From positions 1 to 35,569 of the IMG/VR virus record IMGVR_UViG_3300048892_000070: a DNA stretch of 35,569 nt. One strand, written 5' to 3'. Position 1 is the first letter of the stretch, and each line of letters starts with the position of its first letter. Shown here piece by piece: positions 8,182-18,209 of this stretch. The notes below the pieces were generated by a model, which made no database searches, was not told the DNA's origin, and saw nothing but the letters and a program-made list of their open reading frames with translations. Both the position numbers and the translations under genes were made by a program. This DNA is from a virus. Taxonomy: Duplodnaviria; Caudoviricetes.

Positions 8182-9450
8182 TTGCCTTCCCAGAATCCAC
8201 CGGCTCTCCCGGCTCAACTCTCCAGACCAGACGCCCAGCAGGTCGTAGACGCCCTGAACCAGAGGCTATGGGTTCCAGAGGAAGCGGTTGTCAACCTCAA
8301 GGATCATCGCATCGGGGCCAAGGGCGACGGAGTCACGGACGACACGGCGGCGATCAAGGTGGCGATAGCGACGGTCAAAGAACGCAGTGGCTCGGGGACG
8401 ATCTTCTGCCCCGCCGGCACCTACGTCTTCACCGAACAGATCGACCTCGTCAAAGCCAGGGGCATCCTCTTCCAGGGCGTCGGCGCTCTCACCGCGGGCT
8501 CGGGGCCGGGGACCAAGTTCCTCTACAAAGGGCCGAACGTAGACCCGGTTTGGAACGCCGAAGAAGCGTTCGGGGCGAGCTTTGCCAACCTCCAGCTCCT
8601 CTACTCCTCCGACCTCACCGGCTCACATCTGGTCAGCTACCAGCTCTCGGCCTACTGCAGCATGAAAGAGGTATTCATTGGGGGTCAAAGTGGCACCTCG
8701 ACCTGCAAGGGCCTCGTCAACTTGGACGAAACGCAGGGCGGGACGAAGTTCGACCATGTCAACTTCCAGTCCGCCCAGACGGCTTGCAGGGGTAAGACCG
8801 AAGAGAAAGGCTTCACTAACGCGGTCGGCTGGTATGACTGCATCTTCGCCAACCTCGTCGGGGCGGCGATCAGGAACCCCGGAGAGGATTGGTCCTTCTT
8901 CAACCCGACCGTAGAGGGATTGCAGAACGGCAAAGCCGCGTTCATCTCCCAGGATGAAGGCTTCACATCGAAGATGACCAGCATCTTCGGAGGCTGGTTC
9001 GGGGACGCCAACCAGGAAGGCGACTGGATCACCTACTCGGGCTATGGCCTGACGACCGTGGGGGTCAAGGTCGGGGACGCGGCGAGTTGGGTGCGCTGCG
9101 GCTCCAACGCTCCGGTGGAGGGCCTACTTGTCTCTGGCTGCACCTTCGACTCCACCAAACACCTCCTCACGGTCCTCAAAGGCGCTCACAAGGGCTGGAA
9201 CGTCACCGCCAACCAGTACGTGAACACCGGGGCGGTCGAATGGGCGGCTGAATCCTCAGTCACAAGGGGGGTCATCGACAACCCGAAAAGCGACATCTTG
9301 AACCTCGGGATGGTGATGTCGCACGTAGGCGCGGTCTCGGACGCGGCATTCGCCACACCCCCGCCCGACATGACGGTGGCCTACGACACCGAAAACAACA
9401 AACTCTATATCCGAAATTCGGGCGCGTGGAAGTCCGCCGCCTTCACTTAG
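8182..9450 (+). CDS. Tailspike, right-handed beta-helix (pectate-lyase-3-like), putative depolymerase
   Basis: 'VVNLKD..GAKGDGVTDDTAAI...GTIFCPAGTY' signature, repetitive beta strands, C-terminal 'YDTENNKLYIRNSGAWK'. Confidence 0.8.
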   Translation: MPSQNPPALPAQLSRPDAQQVVDALNQRLWVPEEAVVNLKDHRIGAKGDGVTDDTAAIKVAIATVKERSGSGTIFCPAGTYVFTEQIDLVKARGILFQGVGALTAGSGPGTKFLYKGPNVDPVWNAEEAFGASFANLQLLYSSDLTGSHLVSYQLSAYCSMKEVFIGGQSGTSTCKGLVNLDETQGGTKFDHVNFQSAQTACRGKTEEKGFTNAVGWYDCIFANLVGAAIRNPGEDWSFFNPTVEGLQNGKAAFISQDEGFTSKMTSIFGGWFGDANQEGDWITYSGYGLTTVGVKVGDAASWVRCGSNAPVEGLLVSGCTFDSTKHLLTVLKGAHKGWNVTANQYVNTGAVEWAAESSVTRGVIDNPKSDILNLGMVMSHVGAVSDAAFATPPPDMTVAYDTENNKLYIRNSGAWKSAAFT

Positions 9451-9461
9451 AAAGAGCCTGA

Positions 9462-10331
9462 ATGGTCACTGGACTTGCACAACGAAACAGTCGTCTGGGG
9501 GTTCCTCACCTCAACCGCAACCAGCCTCACTTGAAGGCCGGGCTGGCGAATCGCATCGCCGCGCCCAAACCCCCGCCTGTAGTGGGAGCCGCCAAGCCCC
9601 TTACCACGCCGCAAGCACCGACAGCGACCGTTCCTGCAACGCAGTCCACCCCGACCGATCCGCTAAAGACGGTTGGCGACACGAAGCCCAACCACATCAA
9701 GGCTCCGCCCGCTCCCACCGCCACATCGACCGACCCCTTCGCAATCACCCCATCTTCCGGTCCCGACGATCCCCGCGATGCGACTTACTGGCAGAACGTC
9801 ACCAAACTTCAGTTCAACGACCGCAACGAATACGCCAAAGACCTTGCGGACCAGACCACGGCTGATAGCTCGTATGCCTCGGCCCTTCAACAGGCGATCC
9901 AGGCCAGGGCCACACAGGAACGCTCCCTTGGAGAGAGCGCCATCAGGGGCAACCTCGGGTCCTCTGGCTGGCTCAACCGCACCCAGGGCGAACAGGTCCG
10001 CGACTACACCCAGGAACGCGCCAACGCGGCTCTGACCAAGAGCCAAGAAGACGCGGCGAGGCTTGCTGCTCGAACGGCACTGGTCCAGGGCTTCAGCCTC
10101 GAAGAGGCCCAGGAACGTGCGGAAGCGGCGGGGCGTCGGGGGGCCGGTGCGATCGCGGAAGCCGAAAGCGGCGAACCCGCCGTGGCCTCTTCTCCCGCCG
10201 CCCCAGCCGCGCCCGGCAAACAAGGCGGCAAATCCAAACCCGCCAAACAGAACGCCCCCCGCGTCGGTAACGCAGTCGCCCTCACGCCGCCCTACAAAGC
10301 CGCCCTTGGCAAACGAAGGAAAGCCCAATGA
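9462..10331 (+). CDS. Putative internal virion / ejection protein
   Basis: Ala/Gln-rich helical core with 'IRGNLGSSG'. First of three coupled genes after the tail genes. Confidence 0.55.
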   Translation: MVTGLAQRNSRLGVPHLNRNQPHLKAGLANRIAAPKPPPVVGAAKPLTTPQAPTATVPATQSTPTDPLKTVGDTKPNHIKAPPAPTATSTDPFAITPSSGPDDPRDATYWQNVTKLQFNDRNEYAKDLADQTTADSSYASALQQAIQARATQERSLGESAIRGNLGSSGWLNRTQGEQVRDYTQERANAALTKSQEDAARLAARTALVQGFSLEEAQERAEAAGRRGAGAIAEAESGEPAVASSPAAPAAPGKQGGKSKPAKQNAPRVGNAVALTPPYKAALGKRRKAQ

Positions 10332-11665
10332 ACCCTCACATAGCGAGACTTGCCAAAGCGATGCGCGTCCAGGGGCGCAGCGCCATCTCCGCCGCAGCCC
10401 CCACGGCGGGGAGCATGGCGGGAACTGCCGCAGCGGGCGGCGCGGCACCGGGCGCCCCGAAGGGCAAACCCGCCTACCACCCGCTTCAGGCGATCAAAAA
10501 CCTTCCCAGCGGCCAACTCACCCCCCAGCAACAGGCCCAGTACGCCCGCGCCCTCTCGGTCCTCGAAACCCGTCCCGCGATTCACGGCTTCAAACAGCTC
10601 GCACAACAGCTCACGCAGGAGCGCGAATCGACCGCCAAAGGACTTGGGAACCTCGGAAACGAACTTCAGGGCGGAGTCACCGACACCTACAAAAACATCG
10701 CTCAGTCTGAGGCCCAGAACCTCGCCCGTCAGAACCAGCTAGGCCAGCAGTTGAACCAGCAGTCAGGGGCGATCGCCCAGGCCGGGGGCCAGGAACTCAC
10801 CGGGATGCAGGAAGGCGCCCTCGGGGATTACGAGAAACAGCTTCAGATGCGCGGAGCGCCCGGAGCAGGAGGGGCGCAGCAGGCCCTCGCCTCCGCCGTC
10901 GCCAACCAGCAGGCCACCCAGAACGCCGACTCTCAGGCATCTCAGCAGTTCGCCGCCTCGCAGGGCTCGAGCTACGGCGCTCTGGCCTCTCAGATGGCCG
11001 GCGCTGCCCAGATGCAGGGTGGGGCAGCGGTCGGGCAGATCGGCCGCGACATCCTCTCCCGCGTAGGCCAGTCCAACCAGAAGTACAACGAGGGCATCCA
11101 GACCGCGCTCGGAAACCTCGGCGAAGCCAAGTCGTCCTACGGAGCCGACTTCGTCAAAAACCTCGGGGCCGTCCACGGCGAACAGCAGAAATTCCGGCTT
11201 GGGCAGGAGGCGGTCAACAGCGAAAAAGCCAAGCTTGCGGCGGAAGAAAAACAGAACGCTGCCAACAACAAGATCAACCAGGAGAAAGCGGAAGCCTCTC
11301 AACTCTCGGCGGAAGCCTCGCTCACCTCAGCGACCGCCAGCGCACGCCAGGCCGCCGTCGCTGCCTTCAAAGCCCACCACCCCGGCTTCACTTCGGGCGA
11401 ACTCCTCAAGCGCCAGAAAGAAATCAAACAGGAAACCGCCGAAGTCAAGACGCTCATCCCAACTCTGGTCGGCACCTACGGCTCCCCCTTCAAAGCCCCG
11501 AAGAACGTCTCTCTCGGCAAAGCCCTCGCAGCCTTCACCCTGAAGCTGAACGAAAAAGCTTCAGCCGATCCGGCCCTCGTCCAGAAGATCGTCAACGAAT
11601 GGGCGAAGAAGAGGACGCAGGGGAACCGAGGCATACCGGGAGCCAAAAAGGTCCCCTTCAAGTAG
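10328..11665 (+). CDS. Putative internal virion / ejection protein
   Basis: Gln/Ala/Gly-rich coiled-coil. ATGA overlap. Confidence 0.55.
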   Translation: MNPHIARLAKAMRVQGRSAISAAAPTAGSMAGTAAAGGAAPGAPKGKPAYHPLQAIKNLPSGQLTPQQQAQYARALSVLETRPAIHGFKQLAQQLTQERESTAKGLGNLGNELQGGVTDTYKNIAQSEAQNLARQNQLGQQLNQQSGAIAQAGGQELTGMQEGALGDYEKQLQMRGAPGAGGAQQALASAVANQQATQNADSQASQQFAASQGSSYGALASQMAGAAQMQGGAAVGQIGRDILSRVGQSNQKYNEGIQTALGNLGEAKSSYGADFVKNLGAVHGEQQKFRLGQEAVNSEKAKLAAEEKQNAANNKINQEKAEASQLSAEASLTSATASARQAAVAAFKAHHPGFTSGELLKRQKEIKQETAEVKTLIPTLVGTYGSPFKAPKNVSLGKALAAFTLKLNEKASADPALVQKIVNEWAKKRTQGNRGIPGAKKVPFK

Positions 11666-14600
11666 ATGGCCCCGAAACCCAAAGTCAAGGGGAAAAGGCC
11701 TGGGGCCATTCACTACCTCTTTGGCCCCGGCGCATTCGGCACGGGTCCGCCGAAGGCTCCCACCTCTCACGACGTAGCCGAACATGAGGGGCGCGTTCCG
11801 CAGGTCGGCGTTCCTTCCGGTCCGCGTCAGACCGTCGCCCCCTCGCCTCACGCTGCGCCCGGCACTCCGTCTGTCTACTACGGGCCGCCATCCCCAGCTA
11901 CGGCGCCCCCCAAAGCCCAGCCCTCCGCTCCCTCGCATGTTGTCGCCCGTCAGCGCAATCTTGTAAAGCAGTTCGTGACCAAGGCATACAGCCAGAAGGT
12001 CGCCAAGATTCGCAAAAGCACCCCCGGTTACGAACTGAACGACCGGATAGGCAAGGCGAAAAACGAAGTCTCCGACCTGCGGGAAAGACTCCTCAACCAC
12101 CCCGCAGTCGAAGAAGCCAACAGCGCGGGCAAGGTTGTTTCTCCCACGGGCCTCGCCAAACTCCACCGAACCGAACTTCAGCGCCACGCGATTGAAGGAC
12201 CAAAGGGCGTAGCGCACTCCAAACTGTTCGGCCTCGAGCCCCGCAGCCTCCAGGTCGGGACCAAGGGGCTGAAAGAACTCCAGGGTTCGACGGGGGTGGA
12301 GGGGTCGGTCGCGAGGACGCAGGCCAGGGCGGAGGCGAAAGCCCACTCGGCCTCAGAACCTTCGACGCTGGAAGATCTCGGCTACGCCTCCATAGGAATC
12401 CCTGGAATCGGCATCGGTGGAGACCTAGCCAAAGTCACCGAGCTCGGAGCCACCGCAATCCCGAAACTCCTTGCCGAGGGTGGGGCAAAGCAGCTAGCCA
12501 CATCGGCGGGAGCGAAGGTGGCTGCCAAGGGGGCGAGCGTGAAAGGCGGCCTGGAGGCACTCTCGCACCTCCCCGGTGAGGCTGTCGATGCACTGCGAGC
12601 CGCACCCAATGCCGCCAGGGGTCTGCCCGATGTTCTCCGCGCCGGAGCAAAAGAGACTCCAGCAGCGCTCAGGGCGGGAGCGAAGGCCGCTCCGAAGTAC
12701 GTCGGCAGCAAAGGACTCCAAAGCGGGGAGAGGGGCGCTCAGGCGTTCTCAGGTATAGGTGCGCTTGGGGCACTCCACAAGGGTGGCGTCAACGTCCCGG
12801 GTGGGGCGATTCTCGAAGGTCAGGGCAAGGCCCTGGCCAAAGACCCGGGCAAAGTCCTCAGCTCGACGGCGAGCATCGCCCCCGGCCTCCTCGTCTCCGC
12901 ACTTCAGCTTCCCGCAGCCGGCGTTGCGTCCGTTACCTCTGGTTCCCCCAAGCCTCTTGAGGGAGCGATCAACGAACAGAAGAACTTCTTCCAGCACTTC
13001 GCCAGCACCTACGGCGGGAGCAACGTCAAGAAGATCGAACAGGCCACCCTGAAAGAAGGCCTGCTCCCCGAGGTCATCGCCGCCCCACTTGCTGCCAAGG
13101 GGTTGGAGAAGCTGAACACCCCGGTCAGCTCGGCTGTCCGAGATTTCGCAGCGGGTAGACGCGCCCCCGCTACCGATGCCCAGGGGAACGTCCTGCTCCA
13201 TGAGCATGGCGGCCCGGTGAAGCGCGGGTCTCAGCGCCACCCCAACGAGGTCAAACTGACTCGGCACGGTGAAAACAACCACCTCCGCAGGGAGGAAGCT
13301 CGCCACGCCGGTACGACCGAAGACCTCGTGAATGTCGAGTTCGGCCACCGCGCCCGTGACATCGAACATGCTGCACGGAAGGCTGCGGGTAAGAAGGCCC
13401 AGATCAGGACCGGGCTGGGGCCGAAGGGCAAGGACACCCTCCATGCCCGACCGACTGACTTCATCCCGTTCCTGAATCGCGCCGCGATCGACCTCCATAA
13501 CCCCGAGGCCGCGCTTCGGGAGATCCAGCACTACCACGAGCAGTTCAAGAGGCTCCCGCCGACCAGCAAATACGGGGCGGACCCGGCTCTGCTCACCGCC
13601 CGCGACGCGGTCGATTACTTCCGCGCCCACCCCGAGGCCCTGCGGGACAAGCACCTCGCCGACATGCTCAGCAGCTACCGAGACATGGCGAACGGCAAGA
13701 CCGGCCTCGACTCGCTCTCGACCTCTGACCGTAACCGCTACTTGGGGGTTGCAGCGGCACACGGCATCACCCCACCCGAGGACGCCCTTCCCCATGGAGC
13801 GCGTCCGCTCACAGAGGCGACCGACCGCGCAGGCGCGTGGAAAGACCTCGAAGGGCGAGACAAGCAGATCAAGGCGCTCGCGGCGGAGGGCAACAAGAAG
13901 AAGGTCCAGGCGCAGGCGTTCGACAAGAACTCCGCGAAGGGCAAGCAGCTACGCCGCGAATCCAAAGCGGCCTACGCCAAAGCGAAGGCGATCAAGGCCG
14001 GCCGCGAGGACCTCCATGCCGCGCTCAAGGACTACAAGCGTCCCTGGCACAAATCGAACCGCAACGCCAAGCGCATCCCGTATGACGACGCTCTGGAGAA
14101 GGAGTTTGTCGACAACACCAAGAAGGTGATCGCCGAACGCGGTCTGCACCCCGAGCCCGCTTTCGTACCTGACACCAGTGTCGTTGCCCGCGCTCGACCG
14201 GACCAGTCCGCCACGGGTGGGCAGAAGGCCCTCCCGCCCGGCCCGCAGATCAACGAGGGCTACGTCTGGCAGCACGGCCTTCAGCAGCAGGGCTACGAAC
14301 ACCTCCTAGGAAGCGTCAACCGCTCCGTCGCCGCCCACCACTGGTACGAGAATGGCCGGCGCTTCCGAGATGAACGCCACATCGACTACAAGGGTTCGGC
14401 CCAGCACGACAGCAAGACTTGGGCCGAGGCTCTCAGGCACGGTGTCATCAACGAAAAGGATGTAGTCCTCATCCCGACCGGGGTTCTCAGCCGCCTGGAG
14501 CGCTCAGTGCAGGGAGGTACGCCCTCTGAGTACGCGCAGGCCTCAGCAGACCTCACCGAGCAGGCGGTCAAGGCCAACCAGGGCGTCCCAGGGACGAAGT

Positions 14601-17524
14601 ACGAGGCATACCCGAAGGCTGCCTACCAGGAGTTCGCCGCGCAGGCCCAGAAAGCCCCGGTCGCTCAGTGGCTTCGCTCCGCGAACATGGTTACCAGCAG
14701 GGCGATGCTCAGCACTCCGTCGTTCGTCGCTGCTCAGGTGGTCGCGGAAACCGCGCAGGCCGTGGCCGACACGAACCCCGTTCGCATGGCGCAGGGGATG
14801 CTGGCCTACAGCAAACTGGATACGGCACAGAAGGCGCGGATCAGCGGAGTGTCGGGGGAGACCGGCAAAGCGATCTTCTCCGCAGACAAGCTCGGGAACG
14901 CGCTCCTGCACGAAGGCAAGCCGATGAAGGATGCCCTCAGCTTCTTCCGCCGCAACCTCTTCGGGCGCTCAGTGAAGTCCATTGTCACGATGAAATGGGC
15001 CGGTGAGGTCAACCGCTTTACCAGCGGCCTGACTCGCCGCGCAGTCCTCACGGGCGAGGTAATGAAGGAGCTAAACGGCCTTCAGGCCCACAGCCGCAAG
15101 CTGCTCGGAATGCAGGACGAGTTCCAGAAGGCGACCAAGGGGATGAGCGCCAAGCAGAAGATGGCTTGGGCTGCCGACAACCCCAAGTTCCTCGACAAGA
15201 TGCAGAAAGAGGGCCTGCACCCCGCGATGGGAGGCTGGAACAACCTCACCCGCACGGGCCACTTCCCGGAGGTCTACAGAGCAGCGGGTCTGGTGTTCTA
15301 CCCCTTCCTGCGGATGTCGGTTCTCTGGCCGCTCAAGTACGCCGAGAACCACCCGATCAAGGCCACCGCCCTCGCCTACCTGACAGCGCAGAACAACTTC
15401 GCCCTACGTGAAGCCCTGCATGGCGAACCGTCCTTCCTGAACTACGCGCAGATCCCGATATACGGCACCAACCCCAAGACGGGGAAGCTCGAAGCGACCA
15501 GCACGATCAACCTTTCCCGCATGTCTCCGGGTGGGAACGCTCTGACCCAGGCTGCGCAGGGAACGGGTTCTCCGGTCGGTGCGCTCCAGCCCGTCATCGG
15601 AGCAGCGATCCTGGGCGCCACGGGACAGGGTTCCCTCGGACCCGTCGAGGGTGGAGCGGGAGCGCACCTCAAGGCAGCGGGTGCCTCGATACTCAGCCTC
15701 TCGCCCTACCTGCGGGCGCTCGACACAGCGTCGGGCCAGAAGGCATCGGGCCAGAGTCAGTTCGGGATTCTCGGCAAGCGGGCCAACATCGCCGCCGAAC
15801 CCCTCGCTGCGCTTGAGGCAAAACTCAAGGGACCAATCGGCTCGCAGCTCTTTCGCTCGCTGGGCAACCCCCTGGCCCCGCAGCCCATCGGCCTACAGCG
15901 CGACCAGACGAAGCTGAGCCGCATCCTCGGGGAACTGAGCGCCAACAGCAAGTCCAACCAGGCCAAGAGCAGTGACCGAAACCAGGTCATCAAGATGCAG
16001 AAGGCCAGCGAAAAAGCTGGCAAGGAACTGGAAGGGCTCTACAAGAAGTACGGCCTCTCCAAGGTCGCCAAACGCGACGAAGAACTCTACAACTACGCGC
16101 ATCCTTACCCGGGGTCGACTGAAGGTGGAATCTACGGCAAGAAAGAAGCCACGGAATCCATCTACGCGCCGCAGTCCACCTCGAGTTCGATCTACCAAAG
16201 CACCCCCACGAAGCCCAAGATCCCGACCGAAACCAATGGGATCTCGCTCGGCTCCATCAACATCCCGGGGCTGGGCAAGACGCTCGGCTCGATCGGCACT
16301 CCGCTTGCTTCCTTGATCGGTGGAGAAAAGGCGCAGGCTGCGGGGCTTCCGAAACGTAAGCCCGTGACGCTGAAAGGCCCGCTGACCACCAGCCAGAAGT
16401 CCTTTGGCACCGAACTCGTCAAGCAGACCCACCTGACCCCGAAAACGGTTGGAGGGTGGCTCTTGGCAGAGGAGAGCGGCTCGGCTGCCGCGAGCAAGCA
16501 GTCCTCCGGGGACAACAACCTCCTCAACATCGGCCCCGGAGCAGTCCTGTCCAGCAACCCAAAGATGGCGGCGAGAGAAACGGCTGCGCTAATCAACACC
16601 TCCAACTACTACGCAGGCATTCGCTCGACTGTTGGCAAGGGCACAGCCGCCCAGGTCGCCGCCATCAAGGCTTCTCCCTGGGACGCCGGGCACTACGCCA
16701 ACGGCATTCCCACCAACCTTGTTCAGGGGTCGGCCTCCAACGTCCTGCTGAAGGGCGACGTCCGACCGGGGCAGGGGGCCACGGTTCGAGTCCGCGCTGA
16801 CGCGAAGGGCATGGTCAAGTGGGCTCACGCGCTTGTCGGGACTCAGGAGGGTTCGCGCCTGCAGCAGAAGTGGGCAGCGCAGGCCGGGGTTTCCTCCTCG
16901 GAACCTTGGTGTTCGGAGTTCATCGCCGCCGGCCTCCAGCGCCGCGGCCTGCCTCAACCCGAAAACCCCGCCTACTCAGGAACCTGGCTGACGTGGAGCG
17001 GCGGGAAGCACATCGGCACCAACATCACCAAGGCCAAGCCGGGCGACATCCTCGTATTCGGCTCCAACCCCGGCTCTACGAGCCACGTGGGGCTCTATGT
17101 CGGCAGCGGTAAGATGATCTCGGGCAACTGGTCCAATGAAGTCGCGGCGGCGAAGGTCAGCGAAGAGTCCGAACCGATCGCCGGGATCGTTCGCCCGAAG
17201 TACAAGGGCGGCATGGTCAGCGTCAAGGCTGGAACCCCGCTTCCGGGTAGCGCTCTCGGCCCCACCGGAACCCCAATCGCTGCCCCAGCCGTAGCGGTTC
17301 CGGTCTCCAACACGACGAGTTCCCCGAAAGCGAGCAAACAGAAGCGGAGCCGCGCACGGATGAGCGCAGCCCAGCGATTGAAGCTGGTCGAACAGATCAC
17401 CAGCGGCAACCTGACCCGCTTTGGAATCCCCGGCATGGCAGCCCCCAACCGTGCCCCGGTCTCCACTATCGCCGCTCTGGGCAAATCCCTTGAAGCCGGG
17501 CGTCAGGAACTCGCTGCCCTATGA
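11666..17524 (+). CDS. Large ejection-type protein with C-terminal lysozyme-like and CHAP/NlpC-P60 domains
   Basis: 1952 aa. 'WLLAEES...NNLLNIG...YYAGI...SPWDAGHY', then 'PWCSEF...AKPGDILVFG...HVGLY...ISGN'. Confidence 0.75.
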   Translation: MAPKPKVKGKRPGAIHYLFGPGAFGTGPPKAPTSHDVAEHEGRVPQVGVPSGPRQTVAPSPHAAPGTPSVYYGPPSPATAPPKAQPSAPSHVVARQRNLVKQFVTKAYSQKVAKIRKSTPGYELNDRIGKAKNEVSDLRERLLNHPAVEEANSAGKVVSPTGLAKLHRTELQRHAIEGPKGVAHSKLFGLEPRSLQVGTKGLKELQGSTGVEGSVARTQARAEAKAHSASEPSTLEDLGYASIGIPGIGIGGDLAKVTELGATAIPKLLAEGGAKQLATSAGAKVAAKGASVKGGLEALSHLPGEAVDALRAAPNAARGLPDVLRAGAKETPAALRAGAKAAPKYVGSKGLQSGERGAQAFSGIGALGALHKGGVNVPGGAILEGQGKALAKDPGKVLSSTASIAPGLLVSALQLPAAGVASVTSGSPKPLEGAINEQKNFFQHFASTYGGSNVKKIEQATLKEGLLPEVIAAPLAAKGLEKLNTPVSSAVRDFAAGRRAPATDAQGNVLLHEHGGPVKRGSQRHPNEVKLTRHGENNHLRREEARHAGTTEDLVNVEFGHRARDIEHAARKAAGKKAQIRTGLGPKGKDTLHARPTDFIPFLNRAAIDLHNPEAALREIQHYHEQFKRLPPTSKYGADPALLTARDAVDYFRAHPEALRDKHLADMLSSYRDMANGKTGLDSLSTSDRNRYLGVAAAHGITPPEDALPHGARPLTEATDRAGAWKDLEGRDKQIKALAAEGNKKKVQAQAFDKNSAKGKQLRRESKAAYAKAKAIKAGREDLHAALKDYKRPWHKSNRNAKRIPYDDALEKEFVDNTKKVIAERGLHPEPAFVPDTSVVARARPDQSATGGQKALPPGPQINEGYVWQHGLQQQGYEHLLGSVNRSVAAHHWYENGRRFRDERHIDYKGSAQHDSKTWAEALRHGVINEKDVVLIPTGVLSRLERSVQGGTPSEYAQASADLTEQAVKANQGVPGTKYEAYPKAAYQEFAAQAQKAPVAQWLRSANMVTSRAMLSTPSFVAAQVVAETAQAVADTNPVRMAQGMLAYSKLDTAQKARISGVSGETGKAIFSADKLGNALLHEGKPMKDALSFFRRNLFGRSVKSIVTMKWAGEVNRFTSGLTRRAVLTGEVMKELNGLQAHSRKLLGMQDEFQKATKGMSAKQKMAWAADNPKFLDKMQKEGLHPAMGGWNNLTRTGHFPEVYRAAGLVFYPFLRMSVLWPLKYAENHPIKATALAYLTAQNNFALREALHGEPSFLNYAQIPIYGTNPKTGKLEATSTINLSRMSPGGNALTQAAQGTGSPVGALQPVIGAAILGATGQGSLGPVEGGAGAHLKAAGASILSLSPYLRALDTASGQKASGQSQFGILGKRANIAAEPLAALEAKLKGPIGSQLFRSLGNPLAPQPIGLQRDQTKLSRILGELSANSKSNQAKSSDRNQVIKMQKASEKAGKELEGLYKKYGLSKVAKRDEELYNYAHPYPGSTEGGIYGKKEATESIYAPQSTSSSIYQSTPTKPKIPTETNGISLGSINIPGLGKTLGSIGTPLASLIGGEKAQAAGLPKRKPVTLKGPLTTSQKSFGTELVKQTHLTPKTVGGWLLAEESGSAAASKQSSGDNNLLNIGPGAVLSSNPKMAARETAALINTSNYYAGIRSTVGKGTAAQVAAIKASPWDAGHYANGIPTNLVQGSASNVLLKGDVRPGQGATVRVRADAKGMVKWAHALVGTQEGSRLQQKWAAQAGVSSSEPWCSEFIAAGLQRRGLPQPENPAYSGTWLTWSGGKHIGTNITKAKPGDILVFGSNPGSTSHVGLYVGSGKMISGNWSNEVAAAKVSEESEPIAGIVRPKYKGGMVSVKAGTPLPGSALGPTGTPIAAPAVAVPVSNTTSSPKASKQKRSRARMSAAQRLKLVEQITSGNLTRFGIPGMAAPNRAPVSTIAALGKSLEAGRQELAAL

Positions 17525-17805
17525 GCGAGCTAGACACCGTCATCCGGCTCCTCGAGGGCGTCCGAGTGGATATGCGAGAAGGCTTCCGCCGGACCGATGA
17601 GGAGTTCCGCACCGTGAAGGCCACGCTTGAGCGGGTCGAGGCCGAAGGGCGGCGCACCAACGGGCGCGTCACCAAGCTGGAGATGGCGGAGCAGGGGGGC
17701 GACGAGCGCCGCAAGCGCTGGCGCGATTGGGTCCCCCAGGCCGTCACAGCCATCGGCTCTACCACCCTGTCCGTCCTCCTCTACGCGCTGTTCCTGGCCC
17801 ATTGA
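17521..17805 (+). CDS. Membrane protein of lysis module (holin-like)
   Basis: Coiled coil 'RTNGRVTKLE' plus one C-terminal TM helix. Confidence 0.6.
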   Translation: MSELDTVIRLLEGVRVDMREGFRRTDEEFRTVKATLERVEAEGRRTNGRVTKLEMAEQGGDERRKRWRDWVPQAVTAIGSTTLSVLLYALFLAH

Positions 17806-18170
17806 CCGGCCCCAACCAGATTCGCAACGCGATCCTCGCCCTCGGCGCCGCAGTCATCATCCTCGCGGCGGCGTTGCTCTTTGCCAGTGCAATCAAGGGG
17901 CCGAGCCCTGAATCGGTCAGGAACAGCCAGCTCGAACTCCGGGACAAACTGGTCTGGTCCTGCGAATTCGAGGAAACACCCCTCCGGGAAATCCTTCAAT
18001 CAATGATCCGGGAAGACATTCGTAGTTCTGCCAAGGTCAGGCCGAGCTACTTCCCCGACATCCCGCCAAAGGTTCTTCACCGCCTCGTTAGCGCGCAACT
18101 CGCATCCAAACGGCGACAGTTGAAACGGGCCGCCCCCATCGACTGCGAAGGCCTATTTCCTCCGCCCTAA
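17802..18170 (+). CDS. Membrane-anchored protein of lysis module
   Basis: TTGA overlap start. N-terminal TM 'AILALGAAVIILAAALLFA'. Two Cys. Confidence 0.6.
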   Translation: MTGPNQIRNAILALGAAVIILAAALLFASAIKGPSPESVRNSQLELRDKLVWSCEFEETPLREILQSMIREDIRSSAKVRPSYFPDIPPKVLHRLVSAQLASKRRQLKRAAPIDCEGLFPPP

Positions 18171-18198
18171 ATAGTCGGGGTCCGACCCCCACTATTTA
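18168..18198. repeat. 31-bp near-perfect palindrome
   Basis: TAAATAGT-c-GGGGTC-C-GACCCC-c-ACTATTTA with one mismatched pair. Confidence 0.85.
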
Positions 18199-18209
18199 TA
18201 GAATGGTCT

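Noticed and set aside
12749-13795. 348-aa reverse ORF (likewise 20007-21050, 2537-3337 and similar)
   Set aside because: Antisense shadows of well-supported genes in GC-rich DNA, with no motifs.
11666-17524. Tape measure protein
   Set aside because: No upstream tail tube or chaperone genes and no obvious TMP periodicity. Context fits an ejection protein.
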